NCBI RefSeq assembly: GCF_000145295.1 | Contig: NC_014408.1 | Span: 30,001 to 62,000, forward strand | From: Methanothermobacter marburgensis str. Marburg | GTDB taxonomy: Archaea; Methanobacteriota; Methanobacteria; Methanobacteriales; Methanothermobacteraceae | Direction of reading: 5' to 3' | Length of the DNA: 32,000 bases | In this document: positions 1-10,297 of the stretch, in pieces | Layout: each line of letters begins with the position of its first letter | Numbering within the stretch: position 1 is the stretch's first letter | Notes under the pieces: generated by a model | What the model saw: the letters and a program-made list of their open reading frames with translations, nothing else | Told to the model about the DNA's origin: nothing | Databases searched by the model: none | Translations under genes and position numbers: made by a program

Positions 1-1290
1 CTCGGGGGAAAGGCGTGCTATATAGTACCTTATGGCCCCGTTGCCGATGGCCTCGGCGATTTCATCTGCAACGTCATCTGGAAGTTCTCTCCTTTTTTCA
101 ACCTCCTCAAGGGCCCTTTTATGGGCCTCATCCATCAGTTCATCCACCGATATGAAGACGCCCCTCCTTGTGGACATTGAGCCCTCGGGGAGTGTTATGA
201 ACTCATAGAATATGACCTCGGGTTTCTTACCACCCAGGAGATCCACGGCGATTCCCACCTGCTCTGCTGCAAGTTTATGGTCTGATCCAAGGACGTCGAT
301 GAGAATATCCCCTTCACGGGATTTCTGGAGATGGTAGGCTATGTCCCTTGTTGAGTAGAGGGAGGTTCCATCTGAACGGGTGAGCACAAGCTCCTTTTCA
401 ATGCCGAAATCCTCAAGGTCAAGGTAGAGGACCTCATTTTCCCTGGTGAGCCCCGTTTTTCTGAGGGATTCTATAACCTCACCAACCGTCCCATCCCTCA
501 CCAGTTCCCCCTCCCACACGAACCTGTCGTGGTGGACATGGAGCCTTTGCATGGTCTCCTTCATCCCATCAAGGCAGTACTCCACAACCTCCCTGAAGGT
601 GTCCTCGTTCTCACCGGCCTCGTATTGCCTCAGAAGTTCATCCACCTCCTCCTTTATACCAGGATCCTCTTTGAGTTTCTGGTTAACCTCAAGGTAGAGC
701 CTTCCAACCCGGTGGTCCCTCTTATCCCCGGGGTAATCATCCAGGTTTTTCTGGAGGTTCAGGAGGCCCCAGACTATCATGGCTATCTGGCGCCCCATGT
801 CATTGACATAGTACTGGGTTTCAACCTGGTATCCTGCCTTTCTGAGTATCCTTGCAAGCGAGTCCCCGATGATGGCATTCCTTATATGCCCTATGTGCAG
901 TGGACCGTTGGGGTTTGCAGAGGTGTGCTCAAGGATTATCCTCTCACCCCTCTCTGGATGGGACCCGTAGTCGTCATCAATGATTTCAAGGAGTTTCCCT
1001 GAGAGCTTCCCATAGTCAACAAAGAAGTTTATGTATGGCCCCTTTGATTCTACTGCCTCAAAGATCTCAGGAGTTTCAATCACCGACATTATATCTGAGG
1101 TTATCTCCATCGGCGGCCTTTTGAGTTCACCTGCAAGTTCAAAGGCCACCGTGCATGCAAGATCACCCAGCTGGGGGTTTGGTGGTTCCTCCAGTTTGAT
1201 CTCTGAGGGTACCGGTAGCTGGAGCTTCTCAAGCGCTTCAGTTATTGAATCCCTTGCACTGTTTTCAATGTATCTGAACAATTTCCTCAC
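1..1290 (-). CDS. argS: Arginyl-tRNA synthetase, N-terminal ~430 codons (the rest of the gene lies beyond the left window edge)
   Basis: Not in the ORF track because it is open at the window edge. My minus-strand translation from GTG 1290-1288 runs uninterrupted to position 1. It reads [23 protein letters not shown]...[36 protein letters not shown] (class I HIGH signature)...[11 protein letters not shown]...[11 protein letters not shown]...GSMSTRRG (KMSKS-equivalent). Plus-strand ORFs 446-697, 529-1002 and 1031-1327 are Ser/Pro/Leu-rich antisense shadows. The exact start codon is uncertain. Confidence 0.9.
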   Translation of the reverse strand, partial: MRKLFRYIENSARDSITEALEKLQLPVPSEIKLEEPPNPQLGDLACTVAFELAGELKRPPMEITSDIMSVIETPEIFEAVESKGPYINFFVDYGKLSGKLLEIIDDDYGSHPERGERIILEHTSANPNGPLHIGHIRNAIIGDSLARILRKAGYQVETQYYVNDMGRQIAMIVWGLLNLQKNLDDYPGDKRDHRVGRLYLEVNQKLKEDPGIKEEVDELLRQYEAGENEDTFREVVEYCLDGMKETMQRLHVHHDRFVWEGELVRDGTVGEVIESLRKTGLTRENEVLYLDLEDFGIEKELVLTRSDGTSLYSTRDIAYHLQKSREGDILIDVLGSDHKLAAEQVGIAVDLLGGKKPEVIFYEFITLPEGSMSTRRGVFISVDELMDEAHKRALEEVEKRRELPDDVADEIAEAIGNGAIRYYIARLSPE

Positions 1291-1296
1291 CTGCCT

Positions 1297-1734
1297 TCAG
1301 AGTCCCTTAAGCCAGAGGGTTATGTAGCCCACCTTGGGTATCATCAGCGGATTTGAACCCACCGTTATGACCCTTGCCTCAACCTGTGATGGGTACACAG
1401 GTGCGGGGTCAGGTGATGGGTTGTTGTCACCCTTTGTGATGTAGTATTTTTGACCTGCTTTATCCTTTTCGACGGCTATAACCCGGTGTATAACCGGTTC
1501 AGGGAACCATGTGGCGTCATAGATTATTATGTCACCCTTCTGTACGTTTTCAGGGTTCAGTTCCTTTATTCCGAAAAAGTTGCTCTTTTCGATTATCACT
1601 ATGTCTCCCCTGTAGAAGACGGGCTCCATGCTTCCTGATACAACCACATTCATGTGCTGTGATGCAACAACAGCAAGTAGGAGGAGGAGAATGTATGCTG
1701 CTGCCTCAACCCATTCCCTTTTATCATCACTCAT
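1297..1734 (-). CDS. Type I signal peptidase, archaeal/eukaryal Sec11-like (S26B)
   Basis: Track ORF 1297-1803. An N-terminal TM helix ([14 protein letters not shown]) is followed by the catalytic Ser box [16 protein letters not shown] and a GDNN motif. Start trimmed to ATG 1734 (MSDDKREW...), 9 nt after the ilvD stop; 1735-1803 overlaps the ilvD 3' end. Confidence 0.85.
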   Translation of the reverse strand: MSDDKREWVEAAAYILLLLLAVVASQHMNVVVSGSMEPVFYRGDIVIIEKSNFFGIKELNPENVQKGDIIIYDATWFPEPVIHRVIAVEKDKAGQKYYITKGDNNPSPDPAPVYPSQVEARVITVGSNPLMIPKVGYITLWLKGL

Positions 1735-1742
1735 GCTTACAC

Positions 1743-3392
1743 CTATCTCAGAATGGCACCTGTATCTGCTGAACCTGCGAGTTTCCTGTAGCGTGCAAGC
1801 CATCCCTTAACGTGGCGTTCCGGTTTTTCTGCAGATTCAATCCTTCTTCTGATCTCATCTTCCGTCAGATCAACCTCAAGTTTTCTTGAGGGTATATCTA
1901 TCCTTATTGTGTCCCCATCCCTCACAGCTGCTATGGGTCCATCCTCCATTGCCTCGGGGGAGACGTGTCCCACACAAGGCCCCCTGGTACCCCCTGAGAA
2001 CCTTCCATCGGTTATGAGGGCCACCCTTTCAAGCCCCATACCCGCAATTGCAGAGGTGGGGTTCAGCATCTCCCTCATACCAGGGCCCCCCTTGGGTCCC
2101 TCGTATCTTATGACGATAACATCTCCCTCGGCTATCTCCCCACCGAATATTGCCTCAACACATTCGTCTTCACTCTCAAATACCCTGGCTGGGCCCTCAT
2201 GGACCATCATATCCTCTGCAACGGCTCCCTGCTTCACCACGGAGCCCCGGGGTGCCAGGTTACCCCTGAGTATGGCGAGGCCACCCTCATGGTGGACCGG
2301 ATCATCCAGGGGCCTTATAACTGTGGTGTCCATCACCCTGGCATCTTTCATGTTCTCAGCTACGGTTTTTCCTGTGCAGGTGATGCAGCTGGTATTGAGG
2401 TGATTCCTGAGAGTTTTCATGACAGCCTGTATTCCCCCGGCCCTGTCAAGGTCTATCATCATATGCTCACCTGCCGGTGATATTGATGCTATGTGGGGTA
2501 TTCTGCGGCTCAGCTCATCAAAGACGTCAAGGTTGATGCCAAGGCCCTCTATCTCGGCTGCTATGGCCGGGATGTGGAGTGCACTGTTGGTTGACCCCCC
2601 AAGTGCAAGGTCCACCATCACCGCGTTCTCAAATGCCTCCCTGCTCATTATTTTCCTGGATTTAAGGTCTTCCTTCACCATTTCCACTATCCTCTGACCT
2701 GAGAGCCGTGCAATCTGCCTCTTTTTTGAGCTTACAGCATGGGCAGTTGCGCATCCAGGGAGGCTCATACCCAGGGCCTCTGTGAGGCAGGCCATGGTGT
2801 TGGCTGTGAAGAGTCCTGCACATGAACCTGGACCTGGACAGGCGCATCTTTCGAGTTCGGCGAGTTCATCCTCACTCATTTCACCTGCACTCACGGCACC
2901 CACACCCTCGTATACATTTATGAGGTCGACCTTCCTTCCCTGGAACTCTCCTGGCAGCATGGGGCCGCCGGTGACCACTATTGATGGTATGTCAAGTCTT
3001 GCAGCGGCCATCAGCATACCGGGGACTATCTTGTCACAGGTTGGAAGAAGGACAAGTCCGTCAAGGGCGTGGGCCATTGCCATGCTCTCCACGGTATCTG
3101 CGACTATTTCCCTTGATGCAAGGGAGTACTTCATGCCCTCATGGTTCATGGCTATCCCGTCGCATATGGCCATGGTGTTGAATTCAAATGCAACTCCACC
3201 TGCAGCGTTGATTCCAGCCCTGACCTCATCTGCAAGTTCTCGAAGGTGGAGGTGGCCTGGCACGATATCCGTGTAGCTGTTGGCTATCCCTATGAATGGC
3301 TTTTCAAAGTCCTGGTCTGTCAGGCCACATGCCCTGAGGAGGGAGCGGTGGGGCGCCCTCTGTATTCCCCTTTTTATGGTATCACTTTTCAT
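1743..3392 (-). CDS. ilvD: Dihydroxy-acid dehydratase
   Basis: Track ORF 1743-3437. Full-length IlvD/Edd family pattern: [26 protein letters not shown]..., CDKIVPGM, ...[24 protein letters not shown]. Start trimmed to ATG 3392, which is preceded by GGTGAT. The upstream [15 protein letters not shown] extension is probably not translated. Confidence 0.93.
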   Translation of the reverse strand: MKSDTIKRGIQRAPHRSLLRACGLTDQDFEKPFIGIANSYTDIVPGHLHLRELADEVRAGINAAGGVAFEFNTMAICDGIAMNHEGMKYSLASREIVADTVESMAMAHALDGLVLLPTCDKIVPGMLMAAARLDIPSIVVTGGPMLPGEFQGRKVDLINVYEGVGAVSAGEMSEDELAELERCACPGPGSCAGLFTANTMACLTEALGMSLPGCATAHAVSSKKRQIARLSGQRIVEMVKEDLKSRKIMSREAFENAVMVDLALGGSTNSALHIPAIAAEIEGLGINLDVFDELSRRIPHIASISPAGEHMMIDLDRAGGIQAVMKTLRNHLNTSCITCTGKTVAENMKDARVMDTTVIRPLDDPVHHEGGLAILRGNLAPRGSVVKQGAVAEDMMVHEGPARVFESEDECVEAIFGGEIAEGDVIVIRYEGPKGGPGMREMLNPTSAIAGMGLERVALITDGRFSGGTRGPCVGHVSPEAMEDGPIAAVRDGDTIRIDIPSRKLEVDLTEDEIRRRIESAEKPERHVKGWLARYRKLAGSADTGAILR

Positions 3393-3476
3393 AGAATCAC
3401 CGTTATTATCATCACCCTGATTGTTATTAATTATCATGGAATAAATAATATTAATTTAACTGTCATATATTATAAC

Positions 3477-4712
3477 ATGGATTTCCCGGTAATTAAGTTT
3501 TTGATAGCCCTTGCCATAGGAGCCCTGGTGGGTATTGAGAGGGAAAGGCGGACCCAGGGGACTGAATTTGCGGGTATAAGGACCTTCATCCTGATATCAC
3601 TCATGGGGGCCCTTTCAGCGTATCTATCAGGGATTTTCCCTCTGATGCTTCCTCTTGCCTTTCTGGGTCTGGTTGCCATAGTATCTGCAAGTTACATTGT
3701 GAGCACGAGGGATGATGGGGATATTGGAATAACAGGGGAGATCGCAGCGTTTATAACCTTCATGCTCGGGGCCATGTCTTTTTCAGGTGATTACAGGCTT
3801 GCAGCCATGCTTGCCATCATTGTAACGGCGCTCCTTGCCCTCAAAAGGTACATTCACATTGCCGTAAGGAGGATAAGTGAGAGGGAGATGATAGATACAA
3901 TAAAATTCCTTGTAATAGCCTTTGTGATTCTCCCTCTTCTTCCGGATACATCACTTGGCCCCTGGGGGGTTTTCAACCCCTATCAGGTGTGGCTGATGGT
4001 TGTTTTCATATCAGCCATAAGCTATGCAGGTTACATTGCAATGAAGATAGCAGGGCCAGACAGGGGCCTTAGCGCCACCGGAATAATAGGGGGCCTGGTG
4101 TCAAGTACAGCTGTGGTTACGGCAATGGCAGGGCGCGTGAGGGAATCTGATGATCTCATAAGGCCGGCGGTGTTCGCGGCGGTTGTTTCAAGTTCAATGA
4201 TGTTTTTCAGGATCCTGCTGGAGGTCTCCGTTATAAACCCCTCACTGATGGGGTACGTTGCACCCCCAATGCTTGCCATGGGGGTAACCGGCATGGCCCT
4301 GGGCGTTCTCTTCATGAGGTCACCATCAAAGATTGATCACGATATTAAAATTCAAAACCCATTCTCTGTTAAGCCCGCACTCATATTTGGGGCGCTTTTC
4401 CTGGCAATTCTGTTCCTATCCAAGGCAGCGAACGTCTACCTTGGTCGTGGAGGTGTTCTGGCAGCTGCTGTGATTTCTGGGGTTGCTGATGTGGATGCCA
4501 TAACCGTGAGCATGTCTTTACTGGCAGCAGGGGGTTCTTTAAGTTCATCAACAGCTGCAGCTGCCATAACCCTCGCAGGAGTCTCAAACACAATTATAAA
4601 GGGAGGAATAGCCTTTGCACTTGGCACAAAAATGTTCGGGAAAAGGGTGGGGACCCTCTTCCTTGTCATTGTGCTCACGGGCCTCGTGGCGGTTGGCCTT
4701 ATGGGAATCTAG
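3477..4712 (+). CDS. MgtC/SapB-family integral membrane protein with a C-terminal DUF4010-like membrane domain
   Basis: Track ORF 3141-4712. The first 112 codons are antisense to ilvD. The real start is ATG 3477 (MDFPVIKFLIALAIGALVGIERERRTQGTEFAGIRTFILISLMGAL, the typical MgtC N-terminal signature), followed by ~10 hydrophobic helices. Confidence 0.8.
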   Translation: MDFPVIKFLIALAIGALVGIERERRTQGTEFAGIRTFILISLMGALSAYLSGIFPLMLPLAFLGLVAIVSASYIVSTRDDGDIGITGEIAAFITFMLGAMSFSGDYRLAAMLAIIVTALLALKRYIHIAVRRISEREMIDTIKFLVIAFVILPLLPDTSLGPWGVFNPYQVWLMVVFISAISYAGYIAMKIAGPDRGLSATGIIGGLVSSTAVVTAMAGRVRESDDLIRPAVFAAVVSSSMMFFRILLEVSVINPSLMGYVAPPMLAMGVTGMALGVLFMRSPSKIDHDIKIQNPFSVKPALIFGALFLAILFLSKAANVYLGRGGVLAAAVISGVADVDAITVSMSLLAAGGSLSSSTAAAAITLAGVSNTIIKGGIAFALGTKMFGKRVGTLFLVIVLTGLVAVGLMGI

Positions 4713-4736
4713 TTTTTCTTCTGGATGGGTTTTTTT
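4713..4736 (+). terminator. Oligo-T terminator region (T5 at 4713-4717, T7 at 4730-4736)
   Basis: T-runs lie immediately after the TAG stop at 4710-4712. Archaeal RNAP terminates at oligo-T tracts. Confidence 0.45.
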
Positions 4737-4820
4737 GGCGATATAGATACTCTTGGGGATCTGGTTCCTCTGGATTTTTTAGGCTTTAGGATGTTGGTAC
4801 TGTCTTAATCAACCGCAAAC

Positions 4821-5138
4821 TCATGACCTTATCATGGTGAGGAGCATCTTGAAGGGTTCCACAGCCATCACCGCATGGGGCTCATTGGCCGGCATTATTA
4901 TCATCTCCCCTGCGGCCACACGGTTCTTCTCTCCACTTATTGTAATTTCCGCCTCACCCTCAATCACCTGGACCATGGCATCAAAGGGCGCGGTGTGTTC
5001 ACTGAGACCCTGACCACTGTCAAAGGCAAAGAGGGTCACCGTACCGGTGTCCTTTCTGATGATCTCCCTGCTCACCACTGAATCGTCCTGGTAGTCAATC
5101 AGTTCATTCAGTTTCAGAACCTTTCCCTTAATCTCCAT
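4821..5138 (-). CDS. Cupin (cupin_2) domain protein, 105 aa
   Basis: Single-domain small beta-barrel pattern: G..LSEHTAPFDAMVQVIEGEAEITISGEKNRVAAGEMIIMPANEPHAV (two-His/Glu plus His cupin motifs). The start is 6 nt downstream of the hcp stop, so it is probably co-transcribed. Confidence 0.8.
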   Translation of the reverse strand: MEIKGKVLKLNELIDYQDDSVVSREIIRKDTGTVTLFAFDSGQGLSEHTAPFDAMVQVIEGEAEITISGEKNRVAAGEMIIMPANEPHAVMAVEPFKMLLTMIRS

Positions 5139-5144
5139 TTTTCA

Positions 5145-6620
5145 TCACTCCATCATTTTCTTTATATCCTCTTCAGGGTCACCTATTGGTGTGAGTTCAT
5201 ATTTATCAACGAGCACATTTATGATGTCATCGTTGGCCCATCCAGGCAGTATGGGACCTATGTACATGCCCCTGAGGTTAAGTGATAGGAGGCTCCAGAG
5301 TATTGCAGCGGCCTTCTGCTCCATCCAGCTGAGGACTATGCTGAGGGGCAGCTCATTCACGTCCATACTGAAGAGGTTGCTCAGTGCCTCCACAAGCTCC
5401 ACTGCCACTATGGAGTCGTTGCACTGGCCCAGGTCTATTAGCCGGGGAATTCCATCTATGTCACCCAGATCCATTGAGTTGAAACGGTACTTGCCGCAGG
5501 CCAGTGTGAGAACCACGGTATCCTCAGGGAGCTTCCTCACAAATTCGGTGTAGTACTTTGCCTGTGGCAGGGGTGAATCACAGCCACCAACAAGGAAGAA
5601 CCTCCTGATTTTACCCTCCTCCACCAGTTCCTTTATTTTATCTGCAAGTGAGAGGATTGTTGAGAGCCCAAACCCTGTTGTTAGTGTCGCGGAGTCCTCC
5701 TCTTTAAGGGGTGGAAGCTCAAGGGCCTTCTCTATCACCGGGCTGAAGTCGTAGCCATCCACATGTTCAACCCCCGGGAGCCGGGCAACACCACAGGTGA
5801 ACATCCTATCCCTGTAGCTGTCACGTGGAAGGAGCACACAGTTTGAGGTTCCAAGCACCGCGGCGCTGTAGCGTGAGAAGGTCTCCCTCTGGTCGAACCA
5901 GGGGCCGCCGAGCTGCCCGGCAAGGTGCGGGTACTTCCTGAGGCCAGGGTAACCATGGGCTGGGAGCAGCTCCGAGTGTGTGTACACATTCACACCGGAA
6001 CCCTCAGTCTGCTTGAGCAGCTCTTCAAGCGCCTTCAGGCTGTGGCCTGTTGCTATTATGGCGGGACCATCAAGGGCCCCAACCCTAACCTCTGCGGGTT
6101 CAGGTTCCCCGTAGGTATCCATGTGGGCCTTCTTGAGGAGCTTCATGGTCCTCAGGTTCATCTCACCAGCCTCAAGGGCTAGGCTTACGAATTCCTCTGC
6201 ATCGAAGTTCACGTTGGTGAGTGTTGAGTAGAATCCCCTCTCAAGGAAGGCATCCACAACTTCATCGGTGTATCCAAGTTCCCGGGCATGGTAGAGGTAG
6301 GCCGAGATACCCTTAATTGCAAATAAAAGGTTGTCCTGGAGTCTTGCAACGGTCGCTTCCTTTCCACAGACTCCCTTTACTGTGCAGGCCCTTCCACGGA
6401 CGGTCTGGGAGCACTGGTAGCAGAACATGTCTATATCCTCTGGCCTCACGCGCCTCACCTCACCCCTGAGGGGCTCAAACTGGTCCTTCCCCACATTGCA
6501 GACCGGGCAGAGCCAGTCCTCTGGAAGTTCCTGGAAGGGCGTTCCAGGTTTTATACCTGATGTGGGGTCACCCACCTCAGGGTCGTATATGTAGTCACAT
6601 ACCTTGCAGCGGTACTTCAT
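5145..6620 (-). CDS. hcp: Rubredoxin-fused hybrid-cluster protein (Hcp / prismane, short class III-like)
   Basis: Track ORF 5145-6731, trimmed to ATG 6620 behind GGTGAT. Residues 1-~53 form a complete rubredoxin ([19 protein letters not shown]...[18 protein letters not shown], with two CxxC pairs). The Hcp N-terminal cubane motif [22 protein letters not shown] follows, then an Hcp-like body ending ...LGQCNDS... Confidence 0.85.
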
Positions 6621-6706
6621 TTCAATCACCATATTAAAAACTGACAGCAAATTATATATAGATTTTGTCACTATTTGAGTATAAAATGTAACAAACAGGT
6701 GTCTGG
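6621..6706. promoter_or_regulatory. Divergent hcp / trmB-like promoter region
   Basis: 86-bp AT-rich spacer. TATA-like ATTATATATAG (6651-6662) is about 30-40 nt upstream of the hcp ATG on the minus strand. TATA-like GTATAAAAT (6679-6687) is about 20-28 nt upstream of ATG 6707. AGGTG lies 5 nt before ATG 6707. Confidence 0.5.
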
Positions 6707-7453
6707 ATGGAACGGAAGGTAATGAAAGCACTTAGACTCATGGGACTTACAGACTATCAGGCGGCTGCATACACCGCAATGGTATCATTGGTATCTGCAG
6801 GGGCCTCCGATGTGGCCGAGGCATCAGGAATCCCAAGGTCAAGGATCTATGAGGTGCTGAGGCAGCTTTCAGACAGGGGATTTGTGGAGGTGGAGCGCGG
6901 CAAACCCCTCAGGTACCATGTGGTTCCCCCTGCAGAGGTTTTCAGGAGGGAAAAGAAGAGAATAATGAAGGAACTGGATGAGGCCATGAACCAGCTCAGG
7001 CGAACCTACGAGGACCAGGTTGCGAGGGTACCGGCCCCGGTATGGCTCATACACGGACAGGAGAAGATAATGAAGAAGGAAATCGAGATCATATCAAGGA
7101 CCAGGTCCGAACTCAAAATGAGGATGGGTTTCATATTCCGGGATGAGCTGAGGGAGCTGCGCCCTGCAATTGAGAGGATAGTGGATAGAGGTGCTGATGT
7201 AAGGATAATGGCCCCTGAGGACCTTGATCTGCCATGTGAGGTGAGGGTCGTGAGCATGCCGCCTGTTCGAATGTTTGTGAGGGATTCAGGGGAGATGATG
7301 TGGATATTCTCCAGGTTCACACCTGAAGGGTCCCCGATACCTGAGACTGCAATGGGTATATGGAACCAGTACCCTGAGATAGCAGAGAACTACTCGAGGA
7401 TATTTGACAGCATATGGTATGGTGAATCCTATGGGGGGGCAGGAGGTATCTAG
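6707..7453 (+). CDS. TrmB-family transcriptional regulator (N-terminal wHTH plus C-terminal effector-like domain)
   Basis: The sequence [70 protein letters not shown] is the TrmB HTH pattern. An alternative start is ATG 6722. Confidence 0.8.
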   Translation: MERKVMKALRLMGLTDYQAAAYTAMVSLVSAGASDVAEASGIPRSRIYEVLRQLSDRGFVEVERGKPLRYHVVPPAEVFRREKKRIMKELDEAMNQLRRTYEDQVARVPAPVWLIHGQEKIMKKEIEIISRTRSELKMRMGFIFRDELRELRPAIERIVDRGADVRIMAPEDLDLPCEVRVVSMPPVRMFVRDSGEMMWIFSRFTPEGSPIPETAMGIWNQYPEIAENYSRIFDSIWYGESYGGAGGI

Positions 7454-7546
7454 CCACACCATTTACGCAGTAATCTGCCGGGTCTTAAGCACTTAATCCC
7501 TGGATACAGTGTTGTGGAGTCTTCTATCATTCCCCTTCACATAGGC

Positions 7547-7558
7547 AATATTTAAAAA
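7547..7558 (+). promoter_or_regulatory. Candidate TATA box for thrS (AATATTTAAAAA)
   Basis: An AT-rich box lies ~50 nt upstream of ATG 7608. The SD AAGGTGAT sits directly before the ATG. Confidence 0.4.
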
Positions 7559-7607
7559 CCTTCGCCCTTAAAACAATAACATTATATTATTCTTACAAGG
7601 TGATGGC

Positions 7608-9425
7608 ATGAGGATACTGTTAATTCACTCTGATTACCTGGAATACGAGACAAAGAACAAAACAGGGATAGCGGAGGAAATACCTGAAGATAAAATGAAG
7701 GGACACTTCACCGAGTCCCTTGTGGTCTTCACAGCGGTGGAGGCTGAGGATGAGGAGAACCCGGATTCAGTCATTGAAAATGCGGTAAATGAAATAGTAA
7801 GGGTTTTTGGCGACGTTAAGGCTGATAATGTGGTTATATATCCATATGCGCACCTCAGCTCCTCACTGAGCTCCCCAAAGACAGCCCGCAGGGTTCTTGA
7901 GGGAATGGAGGAGGCACTGAGGGAGCGGGGACTTGAGGTCTCAAGGGTCCCCTTCGGCTGGTACAAGGCGTTCAGAATATCCTGCAAGGGCCACCCGCTA
8001 TCGGAGCTCTCAAGGACCATAAGGCCGGAGCCCCTCAAAGAGGAGGAGGAATCAGAGGAATCAGAGTGGTTCATACTCCATAGGGGCCAGAAAATCAGAC
8101 CGGAGGAATTCGACTTCACCAGCAGGGACCTTGAAAACCTTGTGAAGTATGAACTGGGTGAGCTTGAATCATCCGGCGAGGAGCCACCACACGTTAGACT
8201 CATGAGGGAGAAGGGCCTGGCGGATTATGAGCCATCAGCCGATGTGGGACACCTCAGATGGTACCCCCGGGGAAGGCTGATAAGGGATCTTCTTGCAGAC
8301 TACGTTTACATGCTCGTAACCAGTGAGGGGGCCATGCCGGTTGAGACCCCCATAATGTATGACCTTGAGGACGAGGCCATCAGGGTCCATGCAGAGAAGT
8401 TCGGTGAAAGGCAGTACAGAATGAAGAACAAGAAGGAACTCATGCTGCGATACGCATGCTGCTTTGGGGCCTTCAGGATACTCTCAGATTCCTTCCTCAC
8501 ATGGAAGAATCTCCCCGCCTCAATATATGAGCTCTCCACCTACAGCTTCAGGCTTGAGAAGAAGGGTGAGGTGGTTGGCCTCAAAAGGCTCAGGGGCTTT
8601 ACAATGCCCGACCTTCACACTGTATGCGCCGACCTTGAACAGGCCCTCACCGAGTTTGCAGGGCAGGTGGAGATGTGCATGAAGACCGGTGAGGACCTCC
8701 AGGTGAACTATGAGGTGATATTCAGGGCCACCAGGGAGTTCTATGAGGAGTACTCTGACTGGGTGCACTCAGTGGCCGATAGGATAGGGAAACCGATACT
8801 ACTTGAACTTCTGCCCTCAAGGAAGCACTACTGGATTGCCAAGATGGACTTTGCAGCCATAGATTACCTTGGAAGGCCAATAGAGAATCCAACAGTGCAG
8901 ATAGATGTTGAGAGCGGGGAACGATTCGGCATAACCTATGTTAACAGTGATGAGGAGGAGGTCAACCCCATAATCCTCCACTGCAGCCCAACAGGAAGCA
9001 TAGAGAGGGTTATCTGCAGTTTACTTGAAAAGACGGCCATTGAGATGGATGAGAAACCACCCATGCTACCTGTCTGGCTTTCACCGACACAGGTAAGGGT
9101 GCTTCCAATTGCCGAGCGCCACCTTGAATTTGCAGAGTCCCTTGTATCAGAGATGACTGCAAATGATGTGAGGGCGGACCTTGATGACAGGGCAGAGACC
9201 CTTGGTAAGAAGATAAGGAACGCTGCCCAGGACTGGGTACCCTATGTTGTGGTTGTGGGTGACAGCGAACTGGAGGGCAAACTCACAGTTAACATCAGGA
9301 GCACAGGTGAAAAGGTTCAGATGGATCTCCAGGAGCTCATCGAACTCGTCAGATCAGAGACCCGGGGGATGCCATTCAGAAGGCTGCCCCTCCCTGTCAG
9401 GCTTTCAGAGAGAATCAACTTCTAA
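7608..9425 (+). CDS. thrS: Threonyl-tRNA synthetase, archaeal type with N-terminal DTD-like editing domain
   Basis: 605 aa. The N-terminus [19 protein letters not shown]... is the archaeal ThrRS editing-domain start. The class II core (..FGERQYRM.., ..[11 protein letters not shown]..) and a C-terminal anticodon-binding domain (..[16 protein letters not shown]..) follow. Confidence 0.93.
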   Translation: MRILLIHSDYLEYETKNKTGIAEEIPEDKMKGHFTESLVVFTAVEAEDEENPDSVIENAVNEIVRVFGDVKADNVVIYPYAHLSSSLSSPKTARRVLEGMEEALRERGLEVSRVPFGWYKAFRISCKGHPLSELSRTIRPEPLKEEEESEESEWFILHRGQKIRPEEFDFTSRDLENLVKYELGELESSGEEPPHVRLMREKGLADYEPSADVGHLRWYPRGRLIRDLLADYVYMLVTSEGAMPVETPIMYDLEDEAIRVHAEKFGERQYRMKNKKELMLRYACCFGAFRILSDSFLTWKNLPASIYELSTYSFRLEKKGEVVGLKRLRGFTMPDLHTVCADLEQALTEFAGQVEMCMKTGEDLQVNYEVIFRATREFYEEYSDWVHSVADRIGKPILLELLPSRKHYWIAKMDFAAIDYLGRPIENPTVQIDVESGERFGITYVNSDEEEVNPIILHCSPTGSIERVICSLLEKTAIEMDEKPPMLPVWLSPTQVRVLPIAERHLEFAESLVSEMTANDVRADLDDRAETLGKKIRNAAQDWVPYVVVVGDSELEGKLTVNIRSTGEKVQMDLQELIELVRSETRGMPFRRLPLPVRLSERINF

Positions 9426-9428
9426 AAA

Positions 9429-9437
9429 TATTTTTTG
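9429..9437 (+). terminator. Oligo-T terminator after thrS (T6 at 9431-9436)
   Basis: TAA stop at 9423-9425, followed by AAATATTTTTTG. Confidence 0.45.
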
Positions 9438-9446
9438 ACCCATCTT

Positions 9447-9468
9447 CTTATAAGTTATAACTTATAAG
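9447..9468. repeat. Perfect 22-nt palindrome CTTATAAGTTATAACTTATAAG upstream of parA
   Basis: I verified the reverse complement base by base. Extra half-site-like copies are TTATAAGTT at 9476-9484 and TTCTAAGTT at 9490-9498. The core TAAGTTATAACTTATAA (9451-9467) recurs exactly at 28523-28539. Confidence 0.9.
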
Positions 9469-9528
9469 ATATAATTTATAAGTTCTAAATTCTAAGTTCC
9501 AAGTGATCATCCTAAATCAGGTGATTAA

Positions 9529-10296
9529 ATGGGAGAGATAATTTCAATCATAAACCAGAAGGGGGGCTGTGGCAAGACAACAACCGCAGTGAACCTCTCG
9601 GCAGCCCTTTCACTACTTGAGAGGAAGGTGCTGGTGGTTGACATGGACCCCCAGGGTAACGCAACAACAGGGTTCGGTGTGAATAAATCTGAACTGGACT
9701 CAACCATCTACACAGTACTCAGCAGAAAGGCATCCCTCACGGATGTGATACTGCCCGCCGAACTTGAGGACCTGTACCTTGCACCGAGCAACATATCCCT
9801 CAGCGGTGCAGAAATCGAACTCAGCAGCGAGATAGGATACCACGCCATCCTCAAGGAGGCCCTGGGGGATGTGAGGGATGAATTCGACTACATATTCATA
9901 GACGCCCCGCCCTCACTTGGGATCCTCACACTCAACGCCCTAGTGGCATCCGACAGCGTCATAATACCGATACAGGCAGAGTACTATGCCCTGGAGGGAA
10001 TGGCCGATCTCCTAAGGACAATGAACCTTGTTGAGGAACGTCTCCAGAGCCCCTGCCCCATAAAGGGGATACTCATAACCCTCTACGACTCCAGGACACG
10101 CCTTGCAAGGGACGTGCAGAGGGAGGTTGAAAGGTTCTTTGGTGAAAGGGAGAATATCTTCAGAACAAGGATACCGAGAAACGTACGCCTTGCAGAGGCC
10201 CCCAGCCATGGAAAACCATGCATCACCTATGACCCTGAAAGCACAGGAACGGGGGCCTACATGAAACTCGCAGCCGAAATACTGGATATGGAGTGA
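9529..10296 (+). CDS. parA: ParA/Soj/SegA-type deviant Walker-A partition ATPase
   Basis: IISIINQKGGCGKTTTAVNLSAAL carries the KGGxGK[ST] deviant Walker A. Also present are VLVVDMDPQGNAT, IFIDAPPSLG (Walker B region) and IPRNVRLAEAPSHGKP. AGGTGAT lies upstream of the ATG. Confidence 0.9.
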   Translation: MGEIISIINQKGGCGKTTTAVNLSAALSLLERKVLVVDMDPQGNATTGFGVNKSELDSTIYTVLSRKASLTDVILPAELEDLYLAPSNISLSGAEIELSSEIGYHAILKEALGDVRDEFDYIFIDAPPSLGILTLNALVASDSVIIPIQAEYYALEGMADLLRTMNLVEERLQSPCPIKGILITLYDSRTRLARDVQREVERFFGERENIFRTRIPRNVRLAEAPSHGKPCITYDPESTGTGAYMKLAAEILDME

Positions 10297-10297
10297 T

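Noticed and set aside
446-1327. Three plus-strand track ORFs (446-697, 529-1002, 1031-1327) with Ser/Pro/Leu-rich translations.
   Set aside because: They are antisense shadows of argS. The minus strand carries an uninterrupted ArgRS reading frame with HIGH and MSTRRG motifs.
3141-3476. N-terminal extensions of track ORFs (3141-3476, 1735-1803, 3393-3437, 6621-6731, 14091-14171, 18866-18940).
   Set aside because: The extensions overlap neighbouring genes or promoters and lack family-conserved sequence. Internal starts with GGTGAT/GGAGG motifs give canonical N-termini.
7634-8203. A 189-aa minus-strand ORF inside thrS, and similar long antisense ORFs inside ilvD (1909-2403, 2782-3276), fae-hps (22882-23550), leuA (29684-30133), cfbD (30130-30720), cbiA (13184-13987) and others.
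   Set aside because: Their composition is low-complexity and Ser/Leu/Pro-rich, and they lack SD motifs. Each lies fully inside a well-supported gene on the other strand. This is typical of stop-poor antisense frames in genomes with biased codon usage.
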